DNA of 16,692 nucleotides from a plasmid: sequence record NZ_CP146747.1; one strand, 5' to 3'. Shown piece by piece: positions 7,617 to 16,386 of this stretch (position 1 is its first letter; each line of letters starts with the position of its first letter). The notes under the pieces were generated by a model. It saw only the letters and a program-made list of their open reading frames with translations, ran no database searches and was not told where the DNA came from. The position numbers and the translations under genes were made by a program.

Positions 7617-10600
7617 ATGAAGAAAAAGTGGGCGACTTGGCTCAGCCTTTTGGTACTATGTTTGAGTATAGTAGCAAATATTAGCCAAGGATACACAGTA
7701 TTAGCAGATTCATTAGCGAGTGATGAATCAATGTTAATACAAGATGATGACCTCCTAGTCAGTTCTAAAGTAACACCTAGTCAAGCTGGGAATGCTTGGG
7801 TGATTCATTATCGTTATCATGCAGTTGAAGATGGTGAAACAAGGCGTTTGAAATTTCAGTTTTTAGATCCTCAAGGCCAACCGATTACTGTAGTACCAGA
7901 AGAAGGCTGGACGATAACCGAAGATAAGCAATTGCTTAGTACCTTTAGAGCACAAGATGAAGGCTATGTCAGATTAACAACTGAAAGTAGTATTACTAAG
8001 ATTTCTTTAAATGTTCAAGCTGACGCACAAGATAAATCTGGCAAACTGCAAACAGATATCTTACCTAAAGACATTGGTAAAACTTATGCGTTAACACCAC
8101 CAGAAAATACAGTAACTGGTACGTCGAGTACTTCAACAAAATCCAGTTCTAGTGCAACGCCAAGTTCAAGTTCAAGTACAGCTTCAACTACATCAAATTC
8201 AGTGACGAACTCCCAAGAAAGTCAAACAATGGCGTCGACTTCAGCAAGTGAGTCAACTGCTACTCAATCCCAGACTGAAATGTTAACAGCTGGTCCTAAT
8301 ATAGTTCCGCAATATACAACTGATGCGACAGGAATATATCCGACTAATAGTTGGATCCCAGCAGGCAATCAGACAGTCATTAACCATCAAGGTAATGTCA
8401 ATGCCACAAATCAATGGGATGGCAACAAATCATGGAGTGGTGATCCTAGTAACAGGAACACTTCTTATATAGAATATGGTGGAACGGGGAGTGCTGCACA
8501 GTTTGCCATGCGTAAGTACGCTAAAGAAACAGCAACACCAGGCTTATATGATGTTTATCTAAATGTCAGAGGTAACGATCAAAAAAATATCAAACCGGTT
8601 GATATCGTCTTAGTTGTCGATATGTCGGGCTCTATGGAGCCTGATCGAGCTGCCGCTGTACGATCTGGGATATCTAGTTTTTTACAACAAATCACAAACG
8701 CTGGGATTGGCGATTATGTGAATGTCGGTTTAGTTGGTTATTCTAGTCCGAATTATTTATCGACAAAAACAGGTATCGTTAAAGTTGATATGAAAGCAGT
8801 CTCAGCGCAAGGTCAAGTAGCTGCGCTAAATGGTGCTGTGAATCAAACATTTCAAGGTGGAACGTTTACACAATTAGGTATCCGAAATGGTACTGATATG
8901 CTACAAAGCGATACTAGTACCAACCAGAAAATGATGATTTTGCTGACAGATGGTGTACCGACGTTTAGTTATAAGGTAACCGATGCTATCCAAAATAATA
9001 ATGTGGTTTATGGAACAAAATTCTCTACAGATAGGGATGAGCCAGGATATACTTCACAATTATGGACAAGAGATGGGGTTGGTAACATGTATCCTAAATC
9101 ATATTCTGCTGGTGGTAGTACAATCAGTGATACTTGGCCAGCAACTTTAGGAGAAGCTAAAATCTCCAAGGATAAAGGCATTACACTTCATGCCTTAGGT
9201 ATCCAGCTAGGTCAAGACAATGGATACAGAAAAGACCCTAATAATCCCTACATGACACGTCAGCAAGTTCTAGCTAATATGAATTTACTAGCAACTCCAG
9301 GTCTTTATCAAGATGCTAACTCATCTACTGATATCCAAAAATATCTACAAAATCGTGCACAAAATGTGATTAGTGCATTTAGTACAGTTAATAATGCGAC
9401 AATATCAGATCCCTTAGGATCACAATTTCAGTATAATGGTACAGTCGATGTGAAAAGTATTGGGACTAAGTCAATTGTGAAATTACCTACGACGAATATG
9501 ACGAGTAATCAATTAAACGTGTCAGATATGTCTTTAGGTGCAGGTGAAGAAGTTCAATTTCATTACCAAGTTCGCTTAAATACTGAGACCAATGATTTTA
9601 AACCAGATTATTGGTATCAGATGAATGGTCGTACGACGCTGATGCCAAATATCAACACTCCTGATTATCAAGTTGATTTTGGTGTGCCATCTGCGAAGGC
9701 CCCTGGAATCACACTTAACCTAAAGAAGATTTGGGAAGAGTATGATGGGATTAAAACCAATCGACCAACTCAAGTGACATATGGTATCACACGAAACAAT
9801 ACTGTAACAAACAATGCTTGGCAAAAAGGATTTGCCACTATCCAAGGTACGTCCAGCAATGATACATGGACGACAAGTGTCTCAAAACTTGCAGTAGATG
9901 CAACTAGTCAACCTAGTTTATCGTTACCTAAGTATAATACAAATGGTGTCGCATTCAACTATAGTGTATCTGAGGAAGTCTCTGTTAATGGTTATGATGG
10001 GACTAAAGTAGATGACATGACTTATAAAAATACAAAACAGTTTAAACCCTTAAATTTACAGGTCACAAAAACTGATAGTAATGGTAAAAATATAGAAGGT
10101 GCTAGTTTTAAACTGGTAAATTCGAGTGGTAAAGAGCTCAGTATTAATACAGATTCAACAGGTGCTATTTTTACATTTGCAAACTTAACACCTGGTACGT
10201 ATACGTTAACTGAGACGAAAGCACCAGATGGTTATGTTATTTTAAGTCAGCCGATTATCATCACTGTTGACAAGAATGGATCTGTTACACAAGATGGGAA
10301 GCCTATTTCTGCTGATAATTATACGATTAAACTAACCGTTAAAAATCAGCAAAAAGGTATTCTCCCTAGTACAGGTGGCTCTGGTCGGACAGGCTATTTT
10401 ATAGCGAGTCTTATCTTTATGGGATTAGTTGCGATTATCGGTGGTATCTTCTACTATCGTAATAGACGTCTACGTCATCATCAACTTCTTAAAGGTCCAA
10501 ATAACAAAAGTCATCTGTTACTGTTGCTGTTAATCACGTCTCTTGGGATAACCTTTACAAATGCTCAGAAAATAGCAGCAGATGAACAACCGATTACCTT

Positions 10601-11273
10601 TATCTTACATAAACGTGTCTTTAAAGATAGTGGAGACTTAAAAACAATTAAAGATAATGGGTTAGTGATTACACCTAATGATCCCAATTCAGGTGTGATT
10701 GATTCGGATAAAACATATGGGTTGAATGGTGTCACTTTCGATGTTTATGATGTCACTAGTTATGTGTCAAATGCTTTAAAAAGTACATCTAAAGAGGCGC
10801 TTATGAAACACGTCACAAATACTGATAAGGCTAGCCTATTGGCCGAAATAAAGCCATATCAGCCAACAAGTCAGGAAGTTGTGACGGTTTCAAGCGATGG
10901 AGATGATGGTGTTGCACGATTTAGTGTTCAACCTACTTCTCAAAACAGTGCTTATCTGATACTGGAGAAGCAGATCTCTGACAAAGATGATGGTAAAGTC
11001 AAGATGACGGCGACACCGATGTTGGTTATATTACCAGTAGCGAATCCTGTTGATAAAACATCATATTTGACAACGATAAATCTGTATCCTAAAAATACAG
11101 CAGTCAAAACACCAGTTATCCCACCAGTAAACCCGGTAAATCCGAAACCACCTCATTTCCCTTTTTTACCTGATACAGGTGAAGTTAAGTCGGTAATGGT
11201 TGTTTTGGGTGGCATTGTCGTAATCATAGCAGTTAGCTTTTGGTATAACCGACGTAAGCCAAAGCCGTCATAA
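7617..11273 (+). CDS. spaCB: Pilus tip adhesin fused in-frame to a basal pilin (1218 aa). N-terminal signal peptide, vWA domain with MIDAS (DMSGSM), and CnaB-type domains. An internal sorting signal (LPSTG + TM + RNRRLRHHQ) is followed by a second, basal-pilin-like module (YPKN motif, proline-rich tail) that ends in LPDTG + TM + RRKPKPS.
   Basis: Motifs read directly from the translation. The gene symbol is from memory of the spaCB-spaA-srtC1-srtC2 cluster described on L. lactis NCDO712 plasmid pSH74, so treat it as tentative. Confidence 0.8.
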   Translation: MKKKWATWLSLLVLCLSIVANISQGYTVLADSLASDESMLIQDDDLLVSSKVTPSQAGNAWVIHYRYHAVEDGETRRLKFQFLDPQGQPITVVPEEGWTITEDKQLLSTFRAQDEGYVRLTTESSITKISLNVQADAQDKSGKLQTDILPKDIGKTYALTPPENTVTGTSSTSTKSSSSATPSSSSSTASTTSNSVTNSQESQTMASTSASESTATQSQTEMLTAGPNIVPQYTTDATGIYPTNSWIPAGNQTVINHQGNVNATNQWDGNKSWSGDPSNRNTSYIEYGGTGSAAQFAMRKYAKETATPGLYDVYLNVRGNDQKNIKPVDIVLVVDMSGSMEPDRAAAVRSGISSFLQQITNAGIGDYVNVGLVGYSSPNYLSTKTGIVKVDMKAVSAQGQVAALNGAVNQTFQGGTFTQLGIRNGTDMLQSDTSTNQKMMILLTDGVPTFSYKVTDAIQNNNVVYGTKFSTDRDEPGYTSQLWTRDGVGNMYPKSYSAGGSTISDTWPATLGEAKISKDKGITLHALGIQLGQDNGYRKDPNNPYMTRQQVLANMNLLATPGLYQDANSSTDIQKYLQNRAQNVISAFSTVNNATISDPLGSQFQYNGTVDVKSIGTKSIVKLPTTNMTSNQLNVSDMSLGAGEEVQFHYQVRLNTETNDFKPDYWYQMNGRTTLMPNINTPDYQVDFGVPSAKAPGITLNLKKIWEEYDGIKTNRPTQVTYGITRNNTVTNNAWQKGFATIQGTSSNDTWTTSVSKLAVDATSQPSLSLPKYNTNGVAFNYSVSEEVSVNGYDGTKVDDMTYKNTKQFKPLNLQVTKTDSNGKNIEGASFKLVNSSGKELSINTDSTGAIFTFANLTPGTYTLTETKAPDGYVILSQPIIITVDKNGSVTQDGKPISADNYTIKLTVKNQQKGILPSTGGSGRTGYFIASLIFMGLVAIIGGIFYYRNRRLRHHQLLKGPNNKSHLLLLLLITSLGITFTNAQKIAADEQPITFILHKRVFKDSGDLKTIKDNGLVITPNDPNSGVIDSDKTYGLNGVTFDVYDVTSYVSNALKSTSKEALMKHVTNTDKASLLAEIKPYQPTSQEVVTVSSDGDDGVARFSVQPTSQNSAYLILEKQISDKDDGKVKMTATPMLVILPVANPVDKTSYLTTINLYPKNTAVKTPVIPPVNPVNPKPPHFPFLPDTGEVKSVMVVLGGIVVIIAVSFWYNRRKPKPS
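10362..10568 (+). other. Internal processing region of the tip-basal polyprotein: LPSTG (10362-10376), TM helix, RNRRLRHHQ stop-transfer (10458-10484), then a signal-peptide-like segment (KSHLLLLLLITSLGITFTNAQ) with a TNA-Q signal-peptidase-like site
   Basis: Sequence motifs read directly. There is no ATG/GTG and no RBS for independent translation of the downstream module (only in-frame TTG/CTG codons). Confidence 0.55.
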
Positions 11274-11328
11274 ACTAAAGTCTTTGTCAATTATTGTCAA
11301 GCTTATATAGAAAATTTTGGAGAAAAAT

Positions 11329-12834
11329 ATGAAAACACACAAATTCTTACAATTGATTTTAGCAACAATTTTGTTGTTAACAACCGCTTTTGTGTCAAAT
11401 CAGCATATCGTTTCAGCTGATGATAATGTAGATGTAAAAAATACGAATATCACAATCAACAAACGTATTTTTGATGAAGGAAAAACACCTGCTAACAAAC
11501 AAAATACAGGTGATGTGATGAGTGACTTTGGTGGTCAACCTTTAAATGGTTCAGAATTCACAGTTTATAATGTGAGTGATCAATATTATAGCTTAATTAA
11601 AGGAAGCGACCAAAATACTGCTATCGCTAAAATTCAACAAGATGCTGCTAGTGTAGCACCAGATTATGCTACAAAAGTGGATGCCAAAACAACAACTGGT
11701 CAAGGTCAAGCAACATTTGCTAATCTACCACTTACAGATTCAAATGGTAAATATATTGTATACCTTTTTGTAGAAACAAAGACACCTAACAATATGACGA
11801 TTACAAAACGTGCTGTACCGATGGTAGTCGCAATGCCGATCTACAAATTAGATGCAAATCTAAAACCAACTAATGACATCAATAAAGATATCCAGTTATA
11901 TCCTAAAAATGAAACAGCAAAAGATACTAAAGAATTTAGTAACCTAGGTCAATTCAATCAAGTTACTGTAAACGGTACAACATTTGCAAATGTTACAACT
12001 GGTGATACATTAAACTACAAATTAACTGTAAATATCCCTGCTAATATCGGTGATTCAAATGCCGTAACAAGTTACAAAATCAACGATAAACCGTCAGCTG
12101 GCTTGGCTTTAGTAGCTGGAACAGTTAAAGTAGGTAGTCTAGTAAAAGATACTGATTATACAATTACTGAACATGATGGTGGTTTTACTGTTGATCTTAA
12201 ATTAGATAGTGCTGCTGTTAAAGCTTTGGCAGGTCAAAAACTACAATTAGCTTATAACATGACTTTAACAGCGACGGTTGATCCAGATGCTTTACAAAGT
12301 AACAAAGCAAGTGTTCAAATTAACAATGATACTGAGCAACAAATCACACCGCCTACACCAGTAGGAACTGGTGGCTATAAATTCACGAAAAAAGACGCTC
12401 AAACTGGTAAAGTGTTACAAAACGCTAAATTTGTTGTAACCAATAAAGATCAATCAAAATTTGCAACTTTTACTACTAATGCTAATGGCGATAACGTATT
12501 TACAAAATGGGTAGATACAAAAGATGCTGCGACTAAAGTCGTTTCAGATGCTAACGGATCTATTAGAGTCATTGGGTTGTTAAATGGCGATTATGTTTTA
12601 AATGAAACGGATACACCTTCAGCTAACTATGTTCTCTTAAAAGATGGTACAATTACATTTACAGTTGAACATGGTAAATATGGCGCATCAAACTTAGATG
12701 TTAAGAATACACCTAAAGGGCTATTGCCATCAACTGGTGGTGCTGGTATCTACGCCTTCATCATTATTGGTGCAGCAATGATGATTGGTGCATATATTTG
12801 GTTTAAAAAATCAAGAAAACAAGCAGAAGTTTAA
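11329..12834 (+). CDS. spaA: Major (backbone) pilin: signal peptide, pilin motif LYPKNETAK, E-box (YVLNETDTPSANYVL), LPSTG sorting signal + TM + KKSRKQAEV
   Basis: All canonical major-pilin elements are present. The probable start is ATG 11329 behind GGAGA. The longest ORF starts with TTG at 11317. Confidence 0.85.
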   Translation: MKTHKFLQLILATILLLTTAFVSNQHIVSADDNVDVKNTNITINKRIFDEGKTPANKQNTGDVMSDFGGQPLNGSEFTVYNVSDQYYSLIKGSDQNTAIAKIQQDAASVAPDYATKVDAKTTTGQGQATFANLPLTDSNGKYIVYLFVETKTPNNMTITKRAVPMVVAMPIYKLDANLKPTNDINKDIQLYPKNETAKDTKEFSNLGQFNQVTVNGTTFANVTTGDTLNYKLTVNIPANIGDSNAVTSYKINDKPSAGLALVAGTVKVGSLVKDTDYTITEHDGGFTVDLKLDSAAVKALAGQKLQLAYNMTLTATVDPDALQSNKASVQINNDTEQQITPPTPVGTGGYKFTKKDAQTGKVLQNAKFVVTNKDQSKFATFTTNANGDNVFTKWVDTKDAATKVVSDANGSIRVIGLLNGDYVLNETDTPSANYVLLKDGTITFTVEHGKYGASNLDVKNTPKGLLPSTGGAGIYAFIIIGAAMMIGAYIWFKKSRKQAEV

Positions 12835-12880
12835 GTCTTTAGACTAACAGGTTTTTTCCTGAAGTTAAAGGTTAACGTTA

Positions 12881-12916
12881 ACAAGGCTGGGGAACTTTCC
12901 CAGCCTTGTTGTGTTT
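12881..12916 (+). terminator. Intra-operon hairpin (acaaggctggg / cccagccttgt, 11-bp GC-rich stem) followed by ttgtgtttc. A candidate partial terminator/attenuator between the pilin and sortase genes.
   Basis: Seen directly. The U-tract is imperfect, so read-through into the sortase genes is likely. Confidence 0.45.
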
Positions 12917-12938
12917 CGGAAAGGAAGGTGAATCAGCA

Positions 12939-14180
12939 TTGAAAAAACAATACCCGCAGCAAGATAACTTAAAAAACGAAAGAATCAATTTATGGCTTAA
13001 GGTTTTGATGGCGCTTTTGTTCTTTGCAGGTGCAATGGTATTTTCCTACCCTTTTGTTGTCGATACAATCAATAATTTTTATGATCAACGTGTGATTGAT
13101 AACTATCAAATCCAATATCAAACAGCACATAAAGCGCAACAAAAAAAACAGTTGGCCCAGATGAAAGCAGAAAATGAATCCCTGCTCAAACAAGAGCATA
13201 CGACAAACATTCCTGGCATGGGCTTAGTTGAAGATCCGTTTGAAAGTGCACTAAAAAATAATGTGACACCAAGCAAAGCTTATTTGCAATCTCATATGAT
13301 AGGTGCCATTTTTATTCCTTCTATCCATGTTAGTTTACCTATTTTTAATGAAACTAACGACGACTTATTAGAAAAAGGCGCTACAGTATTACAGGGGACT
13401 TCTTATCCGATAGGTGGTATCAGTACACATTCAGTTTTGACTGGGCACAGTGGTCTACCAGATAAAAAACTCTTTACGGATTTGGATAAACTGAAAAAAG
13501 GTGACTTATTTTATATTGAAGTATTGGGTGAGAAATTAGCTTATCGTGCAGTTAACTTTAAAACGGTATTACCAACACAACTAGAGAGTTTAAAGATAGT
13601 AGATGGCAAAGATTTAGTCACTTTAGTGACTTGTAGCCCTTATATGGTTAATACGCATCGTTTATTAGTCACGGGAGAACGTGTTCCTTTTGTCGAACAA
13701 AAGATGACCAAGCAAATCAAAAAAGCACAAGCCTATCATCAGAATAGACTACTCGCTTTTGCAGTCGGTATTCCGATTTTCTGTTTATTATTTGCATATT
13801 TTATATGGCGCAAGTTTGTCTATTATCTGTGTATCAAACATCGCTATGATTTTGTATTCTATGCTGTAGCTGATGGACAAGGAATAGCTAATTTAACCTT
13901 TTATCTGATAGAGAAAAAAGGGAAAATACCAGTATTAAGAGACGGTGAACGGCTTAAAGCAATCAGTGATAAAGATGGGCGTGTCCTGTTTGAAGATATC
14001 CCAGGTGGCCGCTATGTTGCTTATCCTGATGAGCAAACCGCTTTTCCAAAAGTATCTGGATTTGTGCGACTGTTACAGGATCAACACTTTACACTTAAGT
14101 CTCATGGTGCACGCGTAAAAAGAACCGGTAAGCAACACCATCGTGACTATATCATTGATAGGGGACATCATGCGAAATAA
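12939..14180 (+). CDS. srtC1: Class C (pilus-polymerising) sortase 1: N-terminal TM, catalytic domain (HSVLTGHSGL; TLVTCSPY; conserved Arg), C-terminal TM, then an unusual ~120-aa extension with a CnaB-like beta-sandwich signature
   Basis: TLxTC Cys motif and His motif read directly. The probable start is TTG 12939 behind AGGAAGGTG. The longest ORF starts with TTG at 12906. Confidence 0.8.
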   Translation: MKKQYPQQDNLKNERINLWLKVLMALLFFAGAMVFSYPFVVDTINNFYDQRVIDNYQIQYQTAHKAQQKKQLAQMKAENESLLKQEHTTNIPGMGLVEDPFESALKNNVTPSKAYLQSHMIGAIFIPSIHVSLPIFNETNDDLLEKGATVLQGTSYPIGGISTHSVLTGHSGLPDKKLFTDLDKLKKGDLFYIEVLGEKLAYRAVNFKTVLPTQLESLKIVDGKDLVTLVTCSPYMVNTHRLLVTGERVPFVEQKMTKQIKKAQAYHQNRLLAFAVGIPIFCLLFAYFIWRKFVYYLCIKHRYDFVFYAVADGQGIANLTFYLIEKKGKIPVLRDGERLKAISDKDGRVLFEDIPGGRYVAYPDEQTAFPKVSGFVRLLQDQHFTLKSHGARVKRTGKQHHRDYIIDRGHHAK

Positions 14181-15348
14181 AAACAAGCCACAAGGAAAGG
14201 CTAAAAAAAGCATAGGCAAGCGTTTTTTGATTAATTTGATGGTTTATAGTTTATTTTTGATTGGTATATTGATCATGCTATATCCGTTTTATATCAGTGC
14301 CTTAAATGACTACTTAGATAATGTTCGCGTGTCGCTTTATAAGGATAGTTTACAAAAAGCTCACGACACACAAGAAAAGCAGTTGAAAGCAGCTAATGAA
14401 AAATTAGCTAAACAAGGCTTGACACCCTCTAAAGATCCTTTTAAAGATGACAAAGCAAGTGGTGTTTCTGAAGATTATTATAAAAAACATCTACTAGGCA
14501 CCATTGATATTCCTAAGATCAACATTAAAATCCCACTATTTGATACGACTAATAGTGAACTGTTAGAAATTGGCGCAACAACCTTAAATGGAACCTCATA
14601 CCCATTAGGAGGTCAAAATACACACGCTGTGATTTCGGCTCATCGAGGGCTACCAGACCGTGCACTTTTTACTGATTTACCAAAACTAAAAGAAGGGGAT
14701 ATCTTTGTTTTAGAAGTATTGGGTCATAAGTTAGCCTATGAGGTGAAGACGATTGTTGTGGTGAAACCAGAAGAAACACAGGTCTTAAAGATAGAGCCAG
14801 GGCAAGACTTGGTGACGTTATTGACTTGTACACCTTATATGATCAACTCTCATCGCTTACTAGTAACTGGCAGTCGTGTCCCTTATACGCCCAAAGTTGA
14901 AAAGATGTTAGCGCAAAATGACCATAATCGTAAACTGATCCAACTTGCTTTGCTAGTCTTATTTACCTTACTAGTTTGCTTAATGCTCTGGATACTTTAT
15001 CGTATTATCCACCAATACCTGCTCGCTAAGCAAAATATGTCGATTATTTTACAGATTATCACCTCAGATCAATCGCCTTACGCACAACCTTTACATCTTT
15101 ATGATCGAACGGGTAAAAGAGCATTGAAGCGTCAAGGTGAGGCGGTGATATTAATACCAGATGCGACGGGTACTTATCAGATTGATCACTTAGCAAAAGG
15201 GATGTATTGTTTAAAAACCAAAGATGATGCGCTATGTGTGTTGATCGGACAAACTAAGATAAAAGCGATGACTTATCAACTTAAAGTAATGAAAAGATCT
15301 AAATTATCCTTTAAACAACTCTCAAAGCAAGTAATTCAAATTACTTAA
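14170..15348 (+). CDS. srtC2: Class C sortase 2: HAVISAHRGL; TLLTCTPY. It also carries a ~100-aa extension after the C-terminal TM. Its start overlaps the srtC1 stop.
   Basis: Catalytic motifs read directly. The probable start is ATG 14170 behind AGGGGA. The longest ORF starts with GTG at 14143. Confidence 0.8.
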   Translation: MRNKNKPQGKAKKSIGKRFLINLMVYSLFLIGILIMLYPFYISALNDYLDNVRVSLYKDSLQKAHDTQEKQLKAANEKLAKQGLTPSKDPFKDDKASGVSEDYYKKHLLGTIDIPKINIKIPLFDTTNSELLEIGATTLNGTSYPLGGQNTHAVISAHRGLPDRALFTDLPKLKEGDIFVLEVLGHKLAYEVKTIVVVKPEETQVLKIEPGQDLVTLLTCTPYMINSHRLLVTGSRVPYTPKVEKMLAQNDHNRKLIQLALLVLFTLLVCLMLWILYRIIHQYLLAKQNMSIILQIITSDQSPYAQPLHLYDRTGKRALKRQGEAVILIPDATGTYQIDHLAKGMYCLKTKDDALCVLIGQTKIKAMTYQLKVMKRSKLSFKQLSKQVIQIT

Positions 15349-15360
15349 TATACAAAAAAC

Positions 15361-16098
15361 GGTTCTGTTGCAAAGTTTTAAATAAAGAATAAATTCCCTT
15401 ACGGTATCTATGATTTAAGCTGGGATTCCCAATAATACCTTGATTTCAGTACAGACCGAAAACCCGAAGAGAGTGCCTTCTTTTCGGGTTTTCTTATATA
15501 ATCCGCGGATGGCTTCCATGCCTTTAATCGTGGGTGAGGCAGTGCGTAAACTTCGATAGAATTTATTGCGTCTCTTTACTGGACGATGGTCTTGTTCAAT
15601 CAAATTATTCAGGTATTTAATGGTACGATGTTCTGTCCCTTGATAAAAGCCGCCGTATTCTTTTAGTTTCTTAAAGGCACTTGTAATAGAGGGGGCTTTA
15701 TCTGTGACCACAACCTTCGGTTCATCAAACTGCTTCACTAACCGCTTAAGAAAAGCATACGCTGCTTGTGTGTCCCGTTTTTTACGTAACCAAATATCCA
15801 AGGTTAAACCATCTGCATCGATGGCTCGATACAAATAATGCCATTTTCCTTTAATTTTGGTGTACGTTTCATCCATTTTCCATGAATAAAAGGATTTTTT
15901 ATTTTTCTTTTTCCAAATTTGATAGAGTAGTTTGCCATATTCTTGCACCCAACGATAAATCGTTGTATGAGAAACGTTAATGCCACGATCATATAAGATT
16001 TCTTGAACTTCACGATAGCTAAGGTTATAACGAAGATAGTAGCCCACGGCTACAATAATCACATCCTGCTGAAATTGCGTTCCTTTAAAATGATTCAT
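15361..16098 (-). mobile_element. IS6-family insertion sequence (ISS1/IS946/IS1216-like), 5'-truncated. The right inverted repeat GGTTCTGTTGCAAAGTTT is present at 15361-15378. The left inverted repeat and about 65 bp upstream of the transposase start are absent.
   Basis: The terminal IR is recognised by sequence. The reverse complement of the IR (aaactttgcaacagaacc) is not found anywhere in 16099-16692. Confidence 0.85.
15415..16098 (-). CDS. IS6-family transposase (227 aa, ISS1-like; MNHFKG...DDE)
   Basis: Near-identity over its length to the remembered ISS1/IS1216 transposase sequence (MNHFKGKQFQQDVIIVAVGYYLRYNLSYREVQE...). Confidence 0.9.
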   Translation of the reverse strand: MNHFKGTQFQQDVIIVAVGYYLRYNLSYREVQEILYDRGINVSHTTIYRWVQEYGKLLYQIWKKKNKKSFYSWKMDETYTKIKGKWHYLYRAIDADGLTLDIWLRKKRDTQAAYAFLKRLVKQFDEPKVVVTDKAPSITSAFKKLKEYGGFYQGTEHRTIKYLNNLIEQDHRPVKRRNKFYRSLRTASPTIKGMEAIRGLYKKTRKEGTLFGFSVCTEIKVLLGIPA

Positions 16099-16100
16099 CT

Positions 16101-16157
16101 CTTGGATTAGATCAAGCTAGTCGAGAAACGATGTTAGACCAAATTGATTTTGGGTAA
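16101..16157 (+). pseudogene. Remnant 3' end (18 codons + stop: LGLDQASRETMLDQIDFG*) of a second copy of the tyrosine recombinase gene at 4625-5215
   Basis: About 90% nucleotide identity to 5162-5215. It begins exactly where the truncated IS ends. Confidence 0.65.
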
Positions 16158-16175
16158 TGAATGTTTAGAACTTAT

Positions 16176-16203
16176 TAGTCGTCCAAAAACGACTACTTTT
16201 TTT
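16176..16203 (+). terminator. Rho-independent terminator (tagtcgt / acgacta stem, loop ccaaaa, T7)
   Basis: Seen directly. It would have terminated the disrupted recombinase gene. Confidence 0.7.
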
Positions 16204-16344
16204 GTTCAATCGTTCTTGGACGATTCGATGCTTTTGACTTGTAAGAACAGGATTGAATGAAGCCATACTGTTCGCATATTTTTAGTGGATAAACAAACAA
16301 AATACGAGAGATTTTTTGTTCGTTCATCCATGGTTTTAGAAAAA

Positions 16345-16386
16345 AGAGGGACGATTTCGGAAGAAGAAAATCGTCTCTTTTTTTTC
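16345..16386 (+). terminator. Hairpin agagggacgattt / aaatcgtctct followed by T8. Candidate terminator; an A-run upstream allows function on either strand.
   Basis: Near-perfect 11-13-bp stem with a single bulge and a T8 tract. Confidence 0.45.

Noticed and set aside
10485-10535. Independent translation start for the basal-pilin module
   Set aside because: There is no ATG/GTG and no Shine-Dalgarno sequence. Only in-frame TTG/CTG codons occur inside a leucine run. Treated as an internal signal sequence of the polyprotein instead, while flagging possible fusion by mutation or sequencing error.
12990-13199. Minus-strand 69-aa ORF inside srtC1
   Set aside because: Antisense to the sortase N-terminal region; likely a chance open frame.
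15804-16013. Same-strand alternative-frame 69-aa ORF inside the transposase gene
   Set aside because: Nested in the conserved IS6 transposase coding frame with no independent signals.
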